The translations under genes were made by a program, and so were the position numbers. The notes below the pieces were generated by a model. It was not told the DNA's origin. It ran no database searches and was given only the letters and a program-made list of their open reading frames with translations. Of a DNA stretch of 20,000 bases, positions 9,533 to 17,855 are shown piece after piece. The DNA comes from an uncultured virus (IMG/VR IMGVR_UViG_3300009130_000019) (taxonomy: Duplodnaviria; Heunggongvirae; Uroviricota; Caudoviricetes). How positions within the stretch are numbered: the stretch's first letter is position 1; the number at the start of each line of letters is the position of its first letter. The DNA lies in the IMG/VR virus record IMGVR_UViG_3300009130_000019. One strand, given 5' to 3'.

Positions 9533-12500
9533 ATGGCTTGCATAAATGTATCTTTACCAGAATTTCAAACCTTATCTAAATCTTTTTCTACTAGCAGCAT
9601 AGCTTATGTTAAAACATTAAGGTGGCAAAAAGAGAATAATACGGATGCTATTCCTACATATGAGGATATAGTAGCAATGGATAACAAAGCAAAAAAAGAA
9701 AGTAAAGTAAAAAAGGATGTCCTTGCAAAAAAGATTTTTAATAATTTGCAGAGCAAGGGGCTTATCACCATTGTTAATGATGAAGTTTATGTTAAAGATC
9801 CTAAAGAAAGTTTACAAGACATAGACAACAATATAAATAAAATTAAAAATTATTTAGGCTGGAATGATATTCCTGTGGGTTTTATGACATTTGAAAAGAA
9901 AGATCAACTCACTAAAATAAAAATTAATTATTCACAAATTTCTAATAATGATCCTGTATTATCTAAAACAAATTTTAAGATAAGCAGGACAAAGAAAATA
10001 TTAGACTCTGTAATAAACAGACTTCCTGTAGATTATCAATATTTAACTTCAGAAGAAGCATTAAATATATATGAAGAAATACCAAGTGAGCTTAAAGAAA
10101 ATGTAAGTTTTGATAGTGTCAAATCATTTTTTAACCCGATAACTAAGCAGGTAATTCTTATTAGTGGCAGAGTAACAGACAAAATAGCATTAGAAGAGGT
10201 TATACATCCATTTGTTGCCTCTATGAAAAAAGAAAATAAAAAACTTTTTGATGATCTTTATAAAGAAAGTAAAGAGCTTTACCCAGAGCTGGTAAAGTTT
10301 ATAGAGAATAATTATAAGTTTGACGTGCAAGAAGAGCTAGTTACAAAAGTTCTTCTTGAAAAACTTTTAAAGCCAACAGAAAAGAAAAAATCAAAAAGAT
10401 TTATTTCTTTATTAAAAAGAGTTTTAGAATATATAGGAAATATACTTAAAAGTATTCCAAGGTTTTTGCAAGGGGTGTCTATTGATATGGTAAATATAAA
10501 TAATAATACAACTCTTGATGATATAGTTAATATGCTCAACACTGATGATTTGACCATAAATTATAACATACCAGAAAAAATGCGTGTTAAGTATGCATTA
10601 GACCCTATTAAAAGCAATGTTGTTAATGAGGCATTAAACAAAGGAAATGCCAAACAAAAAGCTATGATCTATGATCTATATAGCACTGTTTTAGATGTGG
10701 AAGAAGAATACCAACAATTTATTGTAAAAAATAAATTTGAAGAGGATGCTTTAGTAGTTCTTGATGAAGAAACACACACATACAGGGATGTTGTTAATGA
10801 TGTAAGTTTTGTTGGGTCAACCAGTACCTTTAATAAAAAACCAACTGAAGATGAAAAAAAATTCATGCAATTTAATTTAGACATGGGTACTATTTATGAC
10901 AGGGTTTTAGAAAATTTAATATTAAACAAAGATCAAAACGAAACATTTTTATCATTACAAGAAGACCCAAGTGTAAAATTAAATCTTATAGGGGAGACTG
11001 TTCAAAGTCAATTTGAACAAATGAAAAATATATATGATCTATTTGAAGAAAACATGGAACAATTTATATCCCCTGGAGATATTGTCTTACCTCAGGTTAT
11101 TATACACCAAAAAGCCAAAAACAAACAATATTATACAAATATAGCAGGAGCTATTGATTTGCTTGTAATTACGAAAGAGGGAAAGCTGAGAGTGGTAGAT
11201 TTAAAAACAAGCAAACATTCAGTAATGAGTGACAGCTATAATAAACCATGGCCTATAAAAGGAACTCTTTTACACCAACAGCTTAAAAAGTTAGGTGGTG
11301 TTTTACATAATGGCGCATATAGAGTTTTAGATGAAATGTCTACCAGGCAAAAGCATCAATTGCAATTAGCTATGTATTCAAGGATGTTAGAAAACATGGG
11401 TTATGAGATAGATCATCAACAACCTTTTTTTACAATAAATGTACAAATAGGTGTTCAGGATACTATAGAGGGTCAAGAATATACTGGAGAACATTCTTTT
11501 GAAGGTATTAATGCACAAAAAGTTATAGTTGAAGATACACAGTTGACAAAAGCCCCCCTTACAACATCAGAAATGTTGGTTGACTTTCTTTTGGAAAACT
11601 ATGCAGAAAAGAAAGAATTTGAAGAAAAGGCAGAATCAACGGCAGAGCAAGAAATGCCAGAGCAATTTGATTATATGACTGAGCTTGATATAATACAAAA
11701 TCAACTTACACAATATGAGCAGATTCTTATAAAAAGAAAGGATGCTGTTAAGCAAATGAATAATAAAATATTTATAGACGTAGATAGAAAAACTTATCTT
11801 AAGAAGATTGATATGGTTTTAAGTTTAATTTCTACCGCAATTGCTTCAAAGGATGTTCAAGAGTCAAGAGCTGCATTTACAGAATCAATATTAAATGCTA
11901 TTGAACAATCAGATAAATTCATTAAGTACTTAAGCGATCCAATAAATCACATTAAACAAGAATTTATTATATATGCACAAAATGCAAAAAGATTTGCCGA
12001 TCAATTTGAGTCTATAAATATTTTAAAAGATGCTGAACTTCTATCTCCTACATTAAAAGATCAAATATTAAGATTGCAAAGTAGGCTTAATAAAATTGCC
12101 GGGAATAATGGAACAGACTTATCTTTATCACAACAAGCAGTTTTTGATTTTGTTAAGCAAAAAATATTAGATAATACAACACAAGAGTTTGACAAAGGAG
12201 AGTTAGATCTATTAATGAAAGAAAGCATGGACATTTCTTTTTTAGAATTTAAAACTAGAGATATGTCAACATCAAGAGATTTGTTTGCAAGGGTTCTTGA
12301 TAAGATAGCCAAGAATAAAAAAATGAATGTTTTTGATAATGCAGATGCAATAAGAAGAGAATTGGCAGAAGTTGGAAACATGTTACATAATGCTTCTGAA
12401 GATAAAGATCCTCAAAAGTATCATAATTTTATGACTAATGATGATGGTACATTAGTCTTAAAATATTCCAGAGAATTTAGTAATAAGAAGAGGGAGGTTA

Positions 12501-15343
12501 GATCTAAAATGTTTAATGAGCAAGACAACTGGAAAGAATATCATATAATAGATGACATAGAAAGTGCTACAAAAGAGCAAATAGAATATAATAAACAGCT
12601 TGCTAAAGATAAAAGAGCTTTTGCGGAATTTATGAGTCCTGAAAAGATTAATGATGATGGAACAATTAGAAAAGGTGACCATTATGAATACAGCGAAGAG
12701 TTTATTAAGGAGAGAGCAAAATATGAAACTCTGCATGTAAATAGATATGGTGCATTTTATTGGAGAAGAAAAGTAGGTTTATCTGACAGGATGTACAAGG
12801 CTTTTGAAAATAAATATTATGAAAAGAAAAAATATTTAACAGCAGCATATTATAAAAATGAGCCTACTGGTATGACTGTAACAAAAACCAAAAAATTTGT
12901 TAAGCCAAAATATGTAAAGATTAGAGATGTTGATTCATCAGGAAAATCTCAATTAAATGAAAGGTATGAGAAAATTATGAATCCTGTTGATGAATTAGGT
13001 AGGGTGCAAAAACAATATTATGAAACATGGATGAGGCTTTACAATAATGAATTGGATAAACTACCTGCAGGGCAGCAAGCTAGAATGATTGGAAGGATGC
13101 CTGTTGTTATGAACAGGTTTGCTGAAGAGCTTGAAAATAAAGAATCTCCAGTTATAAGAATATTTGCAAAATTAAAGCAATCTTATGAATCAATCAAATC
13201 ATTCTTTACAGGAACTTTGCATACAAAAGCTGTAACCATAAATGAATTTGGTGAATTAGTACAAAGTCCACCTGTGTTTTTTACTGGTAGTTTAAAAGAT
13301 GAGGAAAGACTTGAAGAAATTAATAATATAATTGATGATTTACAAGAGAAAAGAAAAGCTGGAGATATAGGCTATGATGAATACAATAAGAAATTTACAA
13401 TGCTAAATGCAGAAAGGAAAAATATACAAAATAGACCTACTGCAAGTCAATTAAACAGAGATTTGACATCTACGCTTATGCAGTTTTCTTTAATGGCAGA
13501 AAATTATGCACAGATGAATGAAGCAGAGAATATTTTTAATGCTTTTTTATCTGTAATAGAAAGGAAAAACTTTCAACCTAAAAGCACATATTTAACAGGA
13601 TATTATAAAGGTAAAGAATTTATAGAAAAGGGTTCTATATCAGGTAAAGAATCATATGTTTATCAAAGAGTTAAAAAATATTTAGAATTAAATATTTGGG
13701 AAACAGATTCTGTTCCTAAATCACTTGTAGAAAAAGTTGTTAATGGGATATTAAAATACACTTCTTTAACTTTCGTTTCTTTAAACCCTTTTGGATCATT
13801 AAATAACTTTGTAGTTGGTAAGATAGGTAACTATATAGAAGCTATTGGTGCCAGGTATTTTCCACTTAGATCTTATACGTGGGCAGAAAAAGAATTTAAA
13901 ACTAATCAATTACCTGCCATGATTAGAAGGATAAGTAGTAAAGTAGAAGGTGGTGTTGATATAGCCAGAGAAAAATTTGGAGATATTCTTGACGCCCATT
14001 TAGCCAAAGAGAGAAATTCAGGGTATTACGATCCTAAACTACCTATGTCTAAATGGGAGGCTTTAGTTGATTATTTTAGAATGATGGATAATAAAGCAGA
14101 TTTACGTGAGGCTAGCTTTGATCTAAATCAAAAATCATTTTTCAGCAAAATGATAGACTTTTCTTATATCATGCAGGATGGTGGAGAGTATACTAACCAA
14201 ACTAAAGTAGGAATGTCTATATTACACTCAACTATTGTGCAAGATGTAGATAGGAAAATGCCGGAAATATCATTGTATGATGCATTTGTTTTTGATATTA
14301 ACAATGCAAATAGTGCAAAATATGGATTAAAACTAAAGAAAGGTTATGAAAATATAATGGTAATAAAAACTCCTGGTCAATTTAAAGGTGAAGCTTCAGC
14401 AGCCGCTAATGGAGATGTTCTTTTTGATAATGATTTTAGATATAATTTAAGAAATTACATTAGAGAGTCCAACAAGCAAATACATGGTAATTATGCTAAG
14501 GTTGACAGAATGGTAATAGAAGGGCATTATGTAGGTAAGCTTATAGCTCAGTTTCATAAATGGGTGGTGCCAGTTGTTAGTGCTAGATTTCAAGCGGAAT
14601 ATTATGATGAAAACCTTGGGTGGGTAGAAGGCAGGGCAAGGTCAGCTGCTAAAATGCTAAAGTATACTTTAACTAATTTAGATAAATTGTCTTTAGATAG
14701 AAAAAAAATGGAAAGAGATTTTATAGATTTTCAAAAAGGCAAACAAAAAAGATTTAAAACAGAAGATCCTGAAAAAATAAAAAAGTTAGAAGAGCAATTA
14801 GAAAATAGATTTAAAAATCAATTTTCTGGCGCAAGAAGATACATTGTAGAGATAACCATGTTAATTGGGTTGTATCTAACTAAGTGCTTAATAGATTCAT
14901 TTGATGATGATGAAGAAATAGACTTAGATACTTATGTGCAACATGGGGGCATTGACTTTGAAAAGGGTTCATCACCCACATGGAATAAACTATATAACAT
15001 ATTAAGGTATCAAGCAGATAGGTCTTATAAAGATTATTCAATATTTGTACCTTTTACTACTTCTTCTTGGAATCAATTAATGAATCAAATACAATCTCCA
15101 ATAGCATCAACAAAAGTGCTAAAAGAATTTACACAGTTTGCATCACAGTTATGGTCAACACCTTTTGCTTATCTAGGTCTTAGTGAAGAAGACTTTTATT
15201 CTAATAAAGAATATGTTTATCAAAGAGGCCCAAGGAAAGGGCAGTTAAAATTAGTTAAAGAATGGCAGGATATAACACCCTGGGTAAGAACTATTAAAAA
15301 ATGGTTTGATTCAGATATAAAGAGAGATTATTATGTTAATTAA
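9533..15343 (+). CDS. Giant virion cargo/ejection-type polyvalent protein: degenerate zincin, PD-(D/E)xK nuclease and helical C-terminal region with a hydrophobic segment
   Basis: 1936-aa ORF starting 10 nt after the RNAP stop. EEVIH 10193-10207 with EELVT 10331-10345; GAIDLL...VVDLKTS 11147-11212 with QLAMY 11363-11377; HGNY...QFHKW 14483-14563; hydrophobic stretch YIVEITMLIGLYLTKCLI 14840-14893. Position next to the RNAP matches crAss-like cargo genes. Confidence 0.75.
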   Translation: MACINVSLPEFQTLSKSFSTSSIAYVKTLRWQKENNTDAIPTYEDIVAMDNKAKKESKVKKDVLAKKIFNNLQSKGLITIVNDEVYVKDPKESLQDIDNNINKIKNYLGWNDIPVGFMTFEKKDQLTKIKINYSQISNNDPVLSKTNFKISRTKKILDSVINRLPVDYQYLTSEEALNIYEEIPSELKENVSFDSVKSFFNPITKQVILISGRVTDKIALEEVIHPFVASMKKENKKLFDDLYKESKELYPELVKFIENNYKFDVQEELVTKVLLEKLLKPTEKKKSKRFISLLKRVLEYIGNILKSIPRFLQGVSIDMVNINNNTTLDDIVNMLNTDDLTINYNIPEKMRVKYALDPIKSNVVNEALNKGNAKQKAMIYDLYSTVLDVEEEYQQFIVKNKFEEDALVVLDEETHTYRDVVNDVSFVGSTSTFNKKPTEDEKKFMQFNLDMGTIYDRVLENLILNKDQNETFLSLQEDPSVKLNLIGETVQSQFEQMKNIYDLFEENMEQFISPGDIVLPQVIIHQKAKNKQYYTNIAGAIDLLVITKEGKLRVVDLKTSKHSVMSDSYNKPWPIKGTLLHQQLKKLGGVLHNGAYRVLDEMSTRQKHQLQLAMYSRMLENMGYEIDHQQPFFTINVQIGVQDTIEGQEYTGEHSFEGINAQKVIVEDTQLTKAPLTTSEMLVDFLLENYAEKKEFEEKAESTAEQEMPEQFDYMTELDIIQNQLTQYEQILIKRKDAVKQMNNKIFIDVDRKTYLKKIDMVLSLISTAIASKDVQESRAAFTESILNAIEQSDKFIKYLSDPINHIKQEFIIYAQNAKRFADQFESINILKDAELLSPTLKDQILRLQSRLNKIAGNNGTDLSLSQQAVFDFVKQKILDNTTQEFDKGELDLLMKESMDISFLEFKTRDMSTSRDLFARVLDKIAKNKKMNVFDNADAIRRELAEVGNMLHNASEDKDPQKYHNFMTNDDGTLVLKYSREFSNKKREVRSKMFNEQDNWKEYHIIDDIESATKEQIEYNKQLAKDKRAFAEFMSPEKINDDGTIRKGDHYEYSEEFIKERAKYETLHVNRYGAFYWRRKVGLSDRMYKAFENKYYEKKKYLTAAYYKNEPTGMTVTKTKKFVKPKYVKIRDVDSSGKSQLNERYEKIMNPVDELGRVQKQYYETWMRLYNNELDKLPAGQQARMIGRMPVVMNRFAEELENKESPVIRIFAKLKQSYESIKSFFTGTLHTKAVTINEFGELVQSPPVFFTGSLKDEERLEEINNIIDDLQEKRKAGDIGYDEYNKKFTMLNAERKNIQNRPTASQLNRDLTSTLMQFSLMAENYAQMNEAENIFNAFLSVIERKNFQPKSTYLTGYYKGKEFIEKGSISGKESYVYQRVKKYLELNIWETDSVPKSLVEKVVNGILKYTSLTFVSLNPFGSLNNFVVGKIGNYIEAIGARYFPLRSYTWAEKEFKTNQLPAMIRRISSKVEGGVDIAREKFGDILDAHLAKERNSGYYDPKLPMSKWEALVDYFRMMDNKADLREASFDLNQKSFFSKMIDFSYIMQDGGEYTNQTKVGMSILHSTIVQDVDRKMPEISLYDAFVFDINNANSAKYGLKLKKGYENIMVIKTPGQFKGEASAAANGDVLFDNDFRYNLRNYIRESNKQIHGNYAKVDRMVIEGHYVGKLIAQFHKWVVPVVSARFQAEYYDENLGWVEGRARSAAKMLKYTLTNLDKLSLDRKKMERDFIDFQKGKQKRFKTEDPEKIKKLEEQLENRFKNQFSGARRYIVEITMLIGLYLTKCLIDSFDDDEEIDLDTYVQHGGIDFEKGSSPTWNKLYNILRYQADRSYKDYSIFVPFTTSSWNQLMNQIQSPIASTKVLKEFTQFASQLWSTPFAYLGLSEEDFYSNKEYVYQRGPRKGQLKLVKEWQDITPWVRTIKKWFDSDIKRDYYVN
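10760..11400 (+). other. RecB-like PD-(D/E)xK nuclease domain within giant ORF2
   Basis: Motifs in the expected order: LDEETHTY, MGTIYDRVLE, GAIDLL, VVDLKTS, HQLQLAMY (GxxD ... DxK ... QxxxY). Confidence 0.8.
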
Positions 15344-15378
15344 AAAATGCCGCATACCAAGGATATGGTAGCGGCATT
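15341..15378. terminator. GC-rich hairpin immediately after giant ORF2; putative intrinsic terminator with the better U-tract on the minus strand
   Basis: AATGCCGC-A-TACCA-(AGGATA)-TGGTA-GCGGCATT at 15346-15378: 8-bp plus 5-bp stem with a 1-nt bulge. It is preceded by an A-run (a U-tract on the minus strand); the plus strand has only TT then AAAA. Confidence 0.6.
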
Positions 15379-15414
15379 AAAACAATTCTATGAAAGAATG
15401 AAAGAAGAAAGAGT

Positions 15415-15428
15415 AGAAATTAATTTCT
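15415..15428. repeat. Perfect 14-bp palindrome AGAAATTAATTTCT
   Basis: Read directly from the sequence. It lies just after the short direct repeat TGAAAGAA x2 (15391-15406). Confidence 0.6.
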
Positions 15429-15483
15429 TTGATTATATATAGTTATAATTATTCCTAAAGCCATTAATATAAAGCAAGATACT

Positions 15484-15524
15484 AACATTTATTTTAATAT
15501 TACGTATTATAAGAAATAAATGTT
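15484..15524. repeat. Inverted repeat AACATTTATTT-N19-AAATAAATGTT upstream of the promoter
   Basis: Perfect 11-bp arms at 15484-15494 and 15514-15524, with an inner TAATA/TATTA stem around TTACG. Confidence 0.65.
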
Positions 15525-15542
15525 TTGTTAAGCTTATGATTT

Positions 15543-15574
15543 TTTGACAAACGTTTTATTATTTTGTATATTTA
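15543..15574 (+). promoter_or_regulatory. Putative host-RNAP promoter for the holin/fibre operon
   Basis: TTGACA (15544-15549), 17-nt spacer, TATATT (15567-15572). The same bases also fit the Bacteroidota consensus TTTG-N20-TAnnTTT(G) as TTTG 15543-15546 and TATATTTA 15567-15574. The next ATG is at 15589. Confidence 0.65.
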
Positions 15575-15588
15575 AACAAAAAATTATC

Positions 15589-15834
15589 ATGAAGTTAAAT
15601 AAAGACAACTGGTTATCTAAGAACGTAAGGCCTATAGTGCTATTATTTTTAGTGTTTTCTACTGTATTGCTAATTTTTATTGATGGTGTAACACCTAAAT
15701 TTGAAGTATCAGCAAATTGGATAGGATTATTAGAATTAGTTTTAATCACGGTAATTGGAGCTTATTTTGGTGGGAGATCTTTTGAAAAGGTAAAAAATAC
15801 AAATTCAGAAATAAGTTTAGAACCTAATCAATGA
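15589..15834 (+). CDS. Holin-like membrane protein resembling the GTA_holin_3TM family (81 aa)
   Basis: WLSKNVRP, two hydrophobic segments and terminal AYFGGRSFEK match my recollection of this family's signature. Start moved to ATG 15589 because the TTG at 15544 lies inside the promoter -35 box. Confidence 0.7.
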   Translation: MKLNKDNWLSKNVRPIVLLFLVFSTVLLIFIDGVTPKFEVSANWIGLLELVLITVIGAYFGGRSFEKVKNTNSEISLEPNQ

Positions 15835-16877
15835 ATATACTAACAGACATATTAAGCTTAATAAAGCGTAAAAAGTATGTAGATACTGTTAAGCCACACG
15901 ATGTTTTAGTTGTAGGTATTCATGAAGAGCCAGACATGCTAGGCGTTGCTTCTCCTATACCTTATAAGTCAGTGAGATTAATCAAGATGGAAGATCTTGT
16001 TGTAACATCACAGGGTTGTATACATGTGAACGTTCCAGCAGCAGATATAGGCTTTGCAGGAATATATAAAGATACAACAACAGTAGGTACAGATTGCTAT
16101 GTTAATCTAAGAAGATTAAAATCTTTATCCCCAAATTTGACAATAGTTGAAAATGGGGATTTTATTGATATAGATACTACAGCAGAAGCTAATTCAGGTT
16201 TAAATGTAGGAGGTGCAGCAGAAGTTTTTAAAGACATGCTTGGTGAAGTGTTAAGATTTAGAACACTAACTTCAAGCGATGCTTCTGTTACAATAACACA
16301 AAATGCTGACACTATAGATTTAGTAGTAGCTGGAGGAGGTTCAGGGAATAATATATATAATTCAAACGGTGTTTTAACAAGCTCAAGAAGTCTTGATGGC
16401 TTTGATGGTGTAACAAATCATCAGTTAGCTTTTGCTAATTTAGCTAGTTTTGCTATAGGTGCAACACCTACAGTTTATATAGCAACAACAACTTCAATAT
16501 CATTAACCTCGCCGCAAATAGGTATTGGAGGGTCTACTTCTGTTTCAATAGCCACCCCTAATACAATAGCATTATTAGGTAAAGTTGGTCAGGTATTAAC
16601 GTTAAATAATACAACAGGAGGATGTGATTGGGAAGATAAGTATTTTGCTGTTGATTTAGATAGTGCTCTACCTAATGTATCAGTTGTTAATGTTGGTTCT
16701 AGCTGGACATATACAGTTACACATAATTTAGATAGCTTAGATATTAAACCTGAATTGTTTAGATTATCTGATGGCGCAACAGTTGGTGCAGCAATAAAAA
16801 GAATAAGTGTAAACGAAGTAACAGTAAGGGTTAAATCTGGTAGTAACCCTAATGGGCTTTATAGGATAATAATATAG
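15831..16877 (+). CDS. Tail/head fibre-like structural protein (348 aa)
   Basis: T/S/G/V-rich, two internal ~40-aa repeats (16050-16322), Gly linker, C-terminal YTVTHNL...NEVTV beta-domain typical of phage fibre proteins. ATGA overlap with the holin stop. Confidence 0.6.
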   Translation: MNILTDILSLIKRKKYVDTVKPHDVLVVGIHEEPDMLGVASPIPYKSVRLIKMEDLVVTSQGCIHVNVPAADIGFAGIYKDTTTVGTDCYVNLRRLKSLSPNLTIVENGDFIDIDTTAEANSGLNVGGAAEVFKDMLGEVLRFRTLTSSDASVTITQNADTIDLVVAGGGSGNNIYNSNGVLTSSRSLDGFDGVTNHQLAFANLASFAIGATPTVYIATTTSISLTSPQIGIGGSTSVSIATPNTIALLGKVGQVLTLNNTTGGCDWEDKYFAVDLDSALPNVSVVNVGSSWTYTVTHNLDSLDIKPELFRLSDGATVGAAIKRISVNEVTVRVKSGSNPNGLYRIII

Positions 16878-16881
16878 TAAT

Positions 16882-17853
16882 ATGGAAATGCAAGATACGC
16901 TAATTTTAGCAAGCCTTACACAAACAGAAATTAATAATATATCAACTCCAGAAACAGGAGGTGTGGTATATAATTCTACTACTAATACTGTCCAAGGTTA
17001 TAATGGTAGCACATGGGTGTCATTAGATGGAGTGGGAGATCTTCTTGCTATAAATAATTTATCTGATGTTACAGATTCTATAACAGCTCTTTCTAATTTA
17101 GGTGGAGAACCTATCTTTTCAAAAAATACAGCATTTAATAAAGATTTTGGAACAATTGCGGGAACTGTTTTAGAAGGTAATACACCTACAATAACAGGAG
17201 CAGAATCAACTAAATTAGCATTTATAACAGTTACTCAAGCTGTAGACTTAGATACTATAGAGTCTGACGTAGCTGCAAATAATGCAAAAGTTACAAATGC
17301 CACACATACAGGAGAGGTGACAGGAAGTGGAGGCTTAACTGTAGATCCTACAGCAATAAGCAACAAAGCTTCTGTAACTGCAGCAGCAGGAATGGAAGTT
17401 CTTGTTAATGATGCAGGGACACTTAAAAAAGCAGATGCTTCAGATTTTTTAGGAGGGGGAGGTACAGTAGAAAGGTTTAATCTTTCAAGAGTAGAAACTA
17501 TAGATGAGAATTCTGCTACTCCCAAAGAATACTTTACCTTTGTTCAAGGTGGTACAGAAATCAGTAATGTAGTGTCTGCAACAGGAGGAGATTATGAAAT
17601 GGTTATATCAATTGTGTGCACTAATACATCTACCGGAGGGAGTATAATAGTAGATCCAGATATTGGAGGAGTATCTGTTTTTTCTCAACCCTTTACAAGA
17701 GAGCCTAAAGATTCAACAGATGTATTTTATGTAAGTATATCTAAAGATGTAACTTTAGCAGCTGGTAATAATACAATAAATTTGCAGCTATCTAACAGTG
17801 GTGGTGGGATTGGAAGAATATTTGAAGCAAACATAACCCTAACAAAAGTATAG
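16882..17853 (+). CDS. Tail fibre-like protein (323 aa)
   Basis: Mosaic of short motifs common in phage fibres: TPETGGVVYNSTTNTVQGYNGSTW, LLAINNLSDV...ALSNLG, KNTAFNKDFGTIAGTV, VAANNAKVTNATHTGEVTG; then a GGGG linker and a beta-rich C-terminal domain. Confidence 0.65.
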   Translation: MEMQDTLILASLTQTEINNISTPETGGVVYNSTTNTVQGYNGSTWVSLDGVGDLLAINNLSDVTDSITALSNLGGEPIFSKNTAFNKDFGTIAGTVLEGNTPTITGAESTKLAFITVTQAVDLDTIESDVAANNAKVTNATHTGEVTGSGGLTVDPTAISNKASVTAAAGMEVLVNDAGTLKKADASDFLGGGGTVERFNLSRVETIDENSATPKEYFTFVQGGTEISNVVSATGGDYEMVISIVCTNTSTGGSIIVDPDIGGVSVFSQPFTREPKDSTDVFYVSISKDVTLAAGNNTINLQLSNSGGGIGRIFEANITLTKV

Positions 17854-17855
17854 AA

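Noticed and set aside
9518..9535. Read-through fusion of ORF1 and ORF2, which are in the same frame
   Set aside because: Two tandem TAA stops separate them, ORF2 has its own AT-rich leader with A at -3, and sharing a frame has a one-in-three chance.
10760..11400. Cas4 or a CRISPR system, or an intein/homing endonuclease insertion
   Set aside because: No Fe-S cysteines, no repeat-spacer array and no other cas genes. No intein splice-junction or LAGLIDADG/HNH motifs were seen.
15544..15588. TTG start giving a 96-aa holin
   Set aside because: The TTG is part of the TTGACA promoter box. ATG 15589 with an A-rich leader is the better start.
15344..15588. tRNA, CRISPR array or DGR template repeat in the intergenic region
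   Set aside because: No cloverleaf or T-loop motif, no regularly spaced repeats, no near-identical copy of a fibre 3' end, and no reverse transcriptase in the window.
16155..16175. GDFIDID in the 348-aa protein resembling the RNAP DFDID motif
   Set aside because: Spacing differs and it aligns with the second fibre repeat (ADTIDL), so it is a structural beta-strand and not a catalytic loop.
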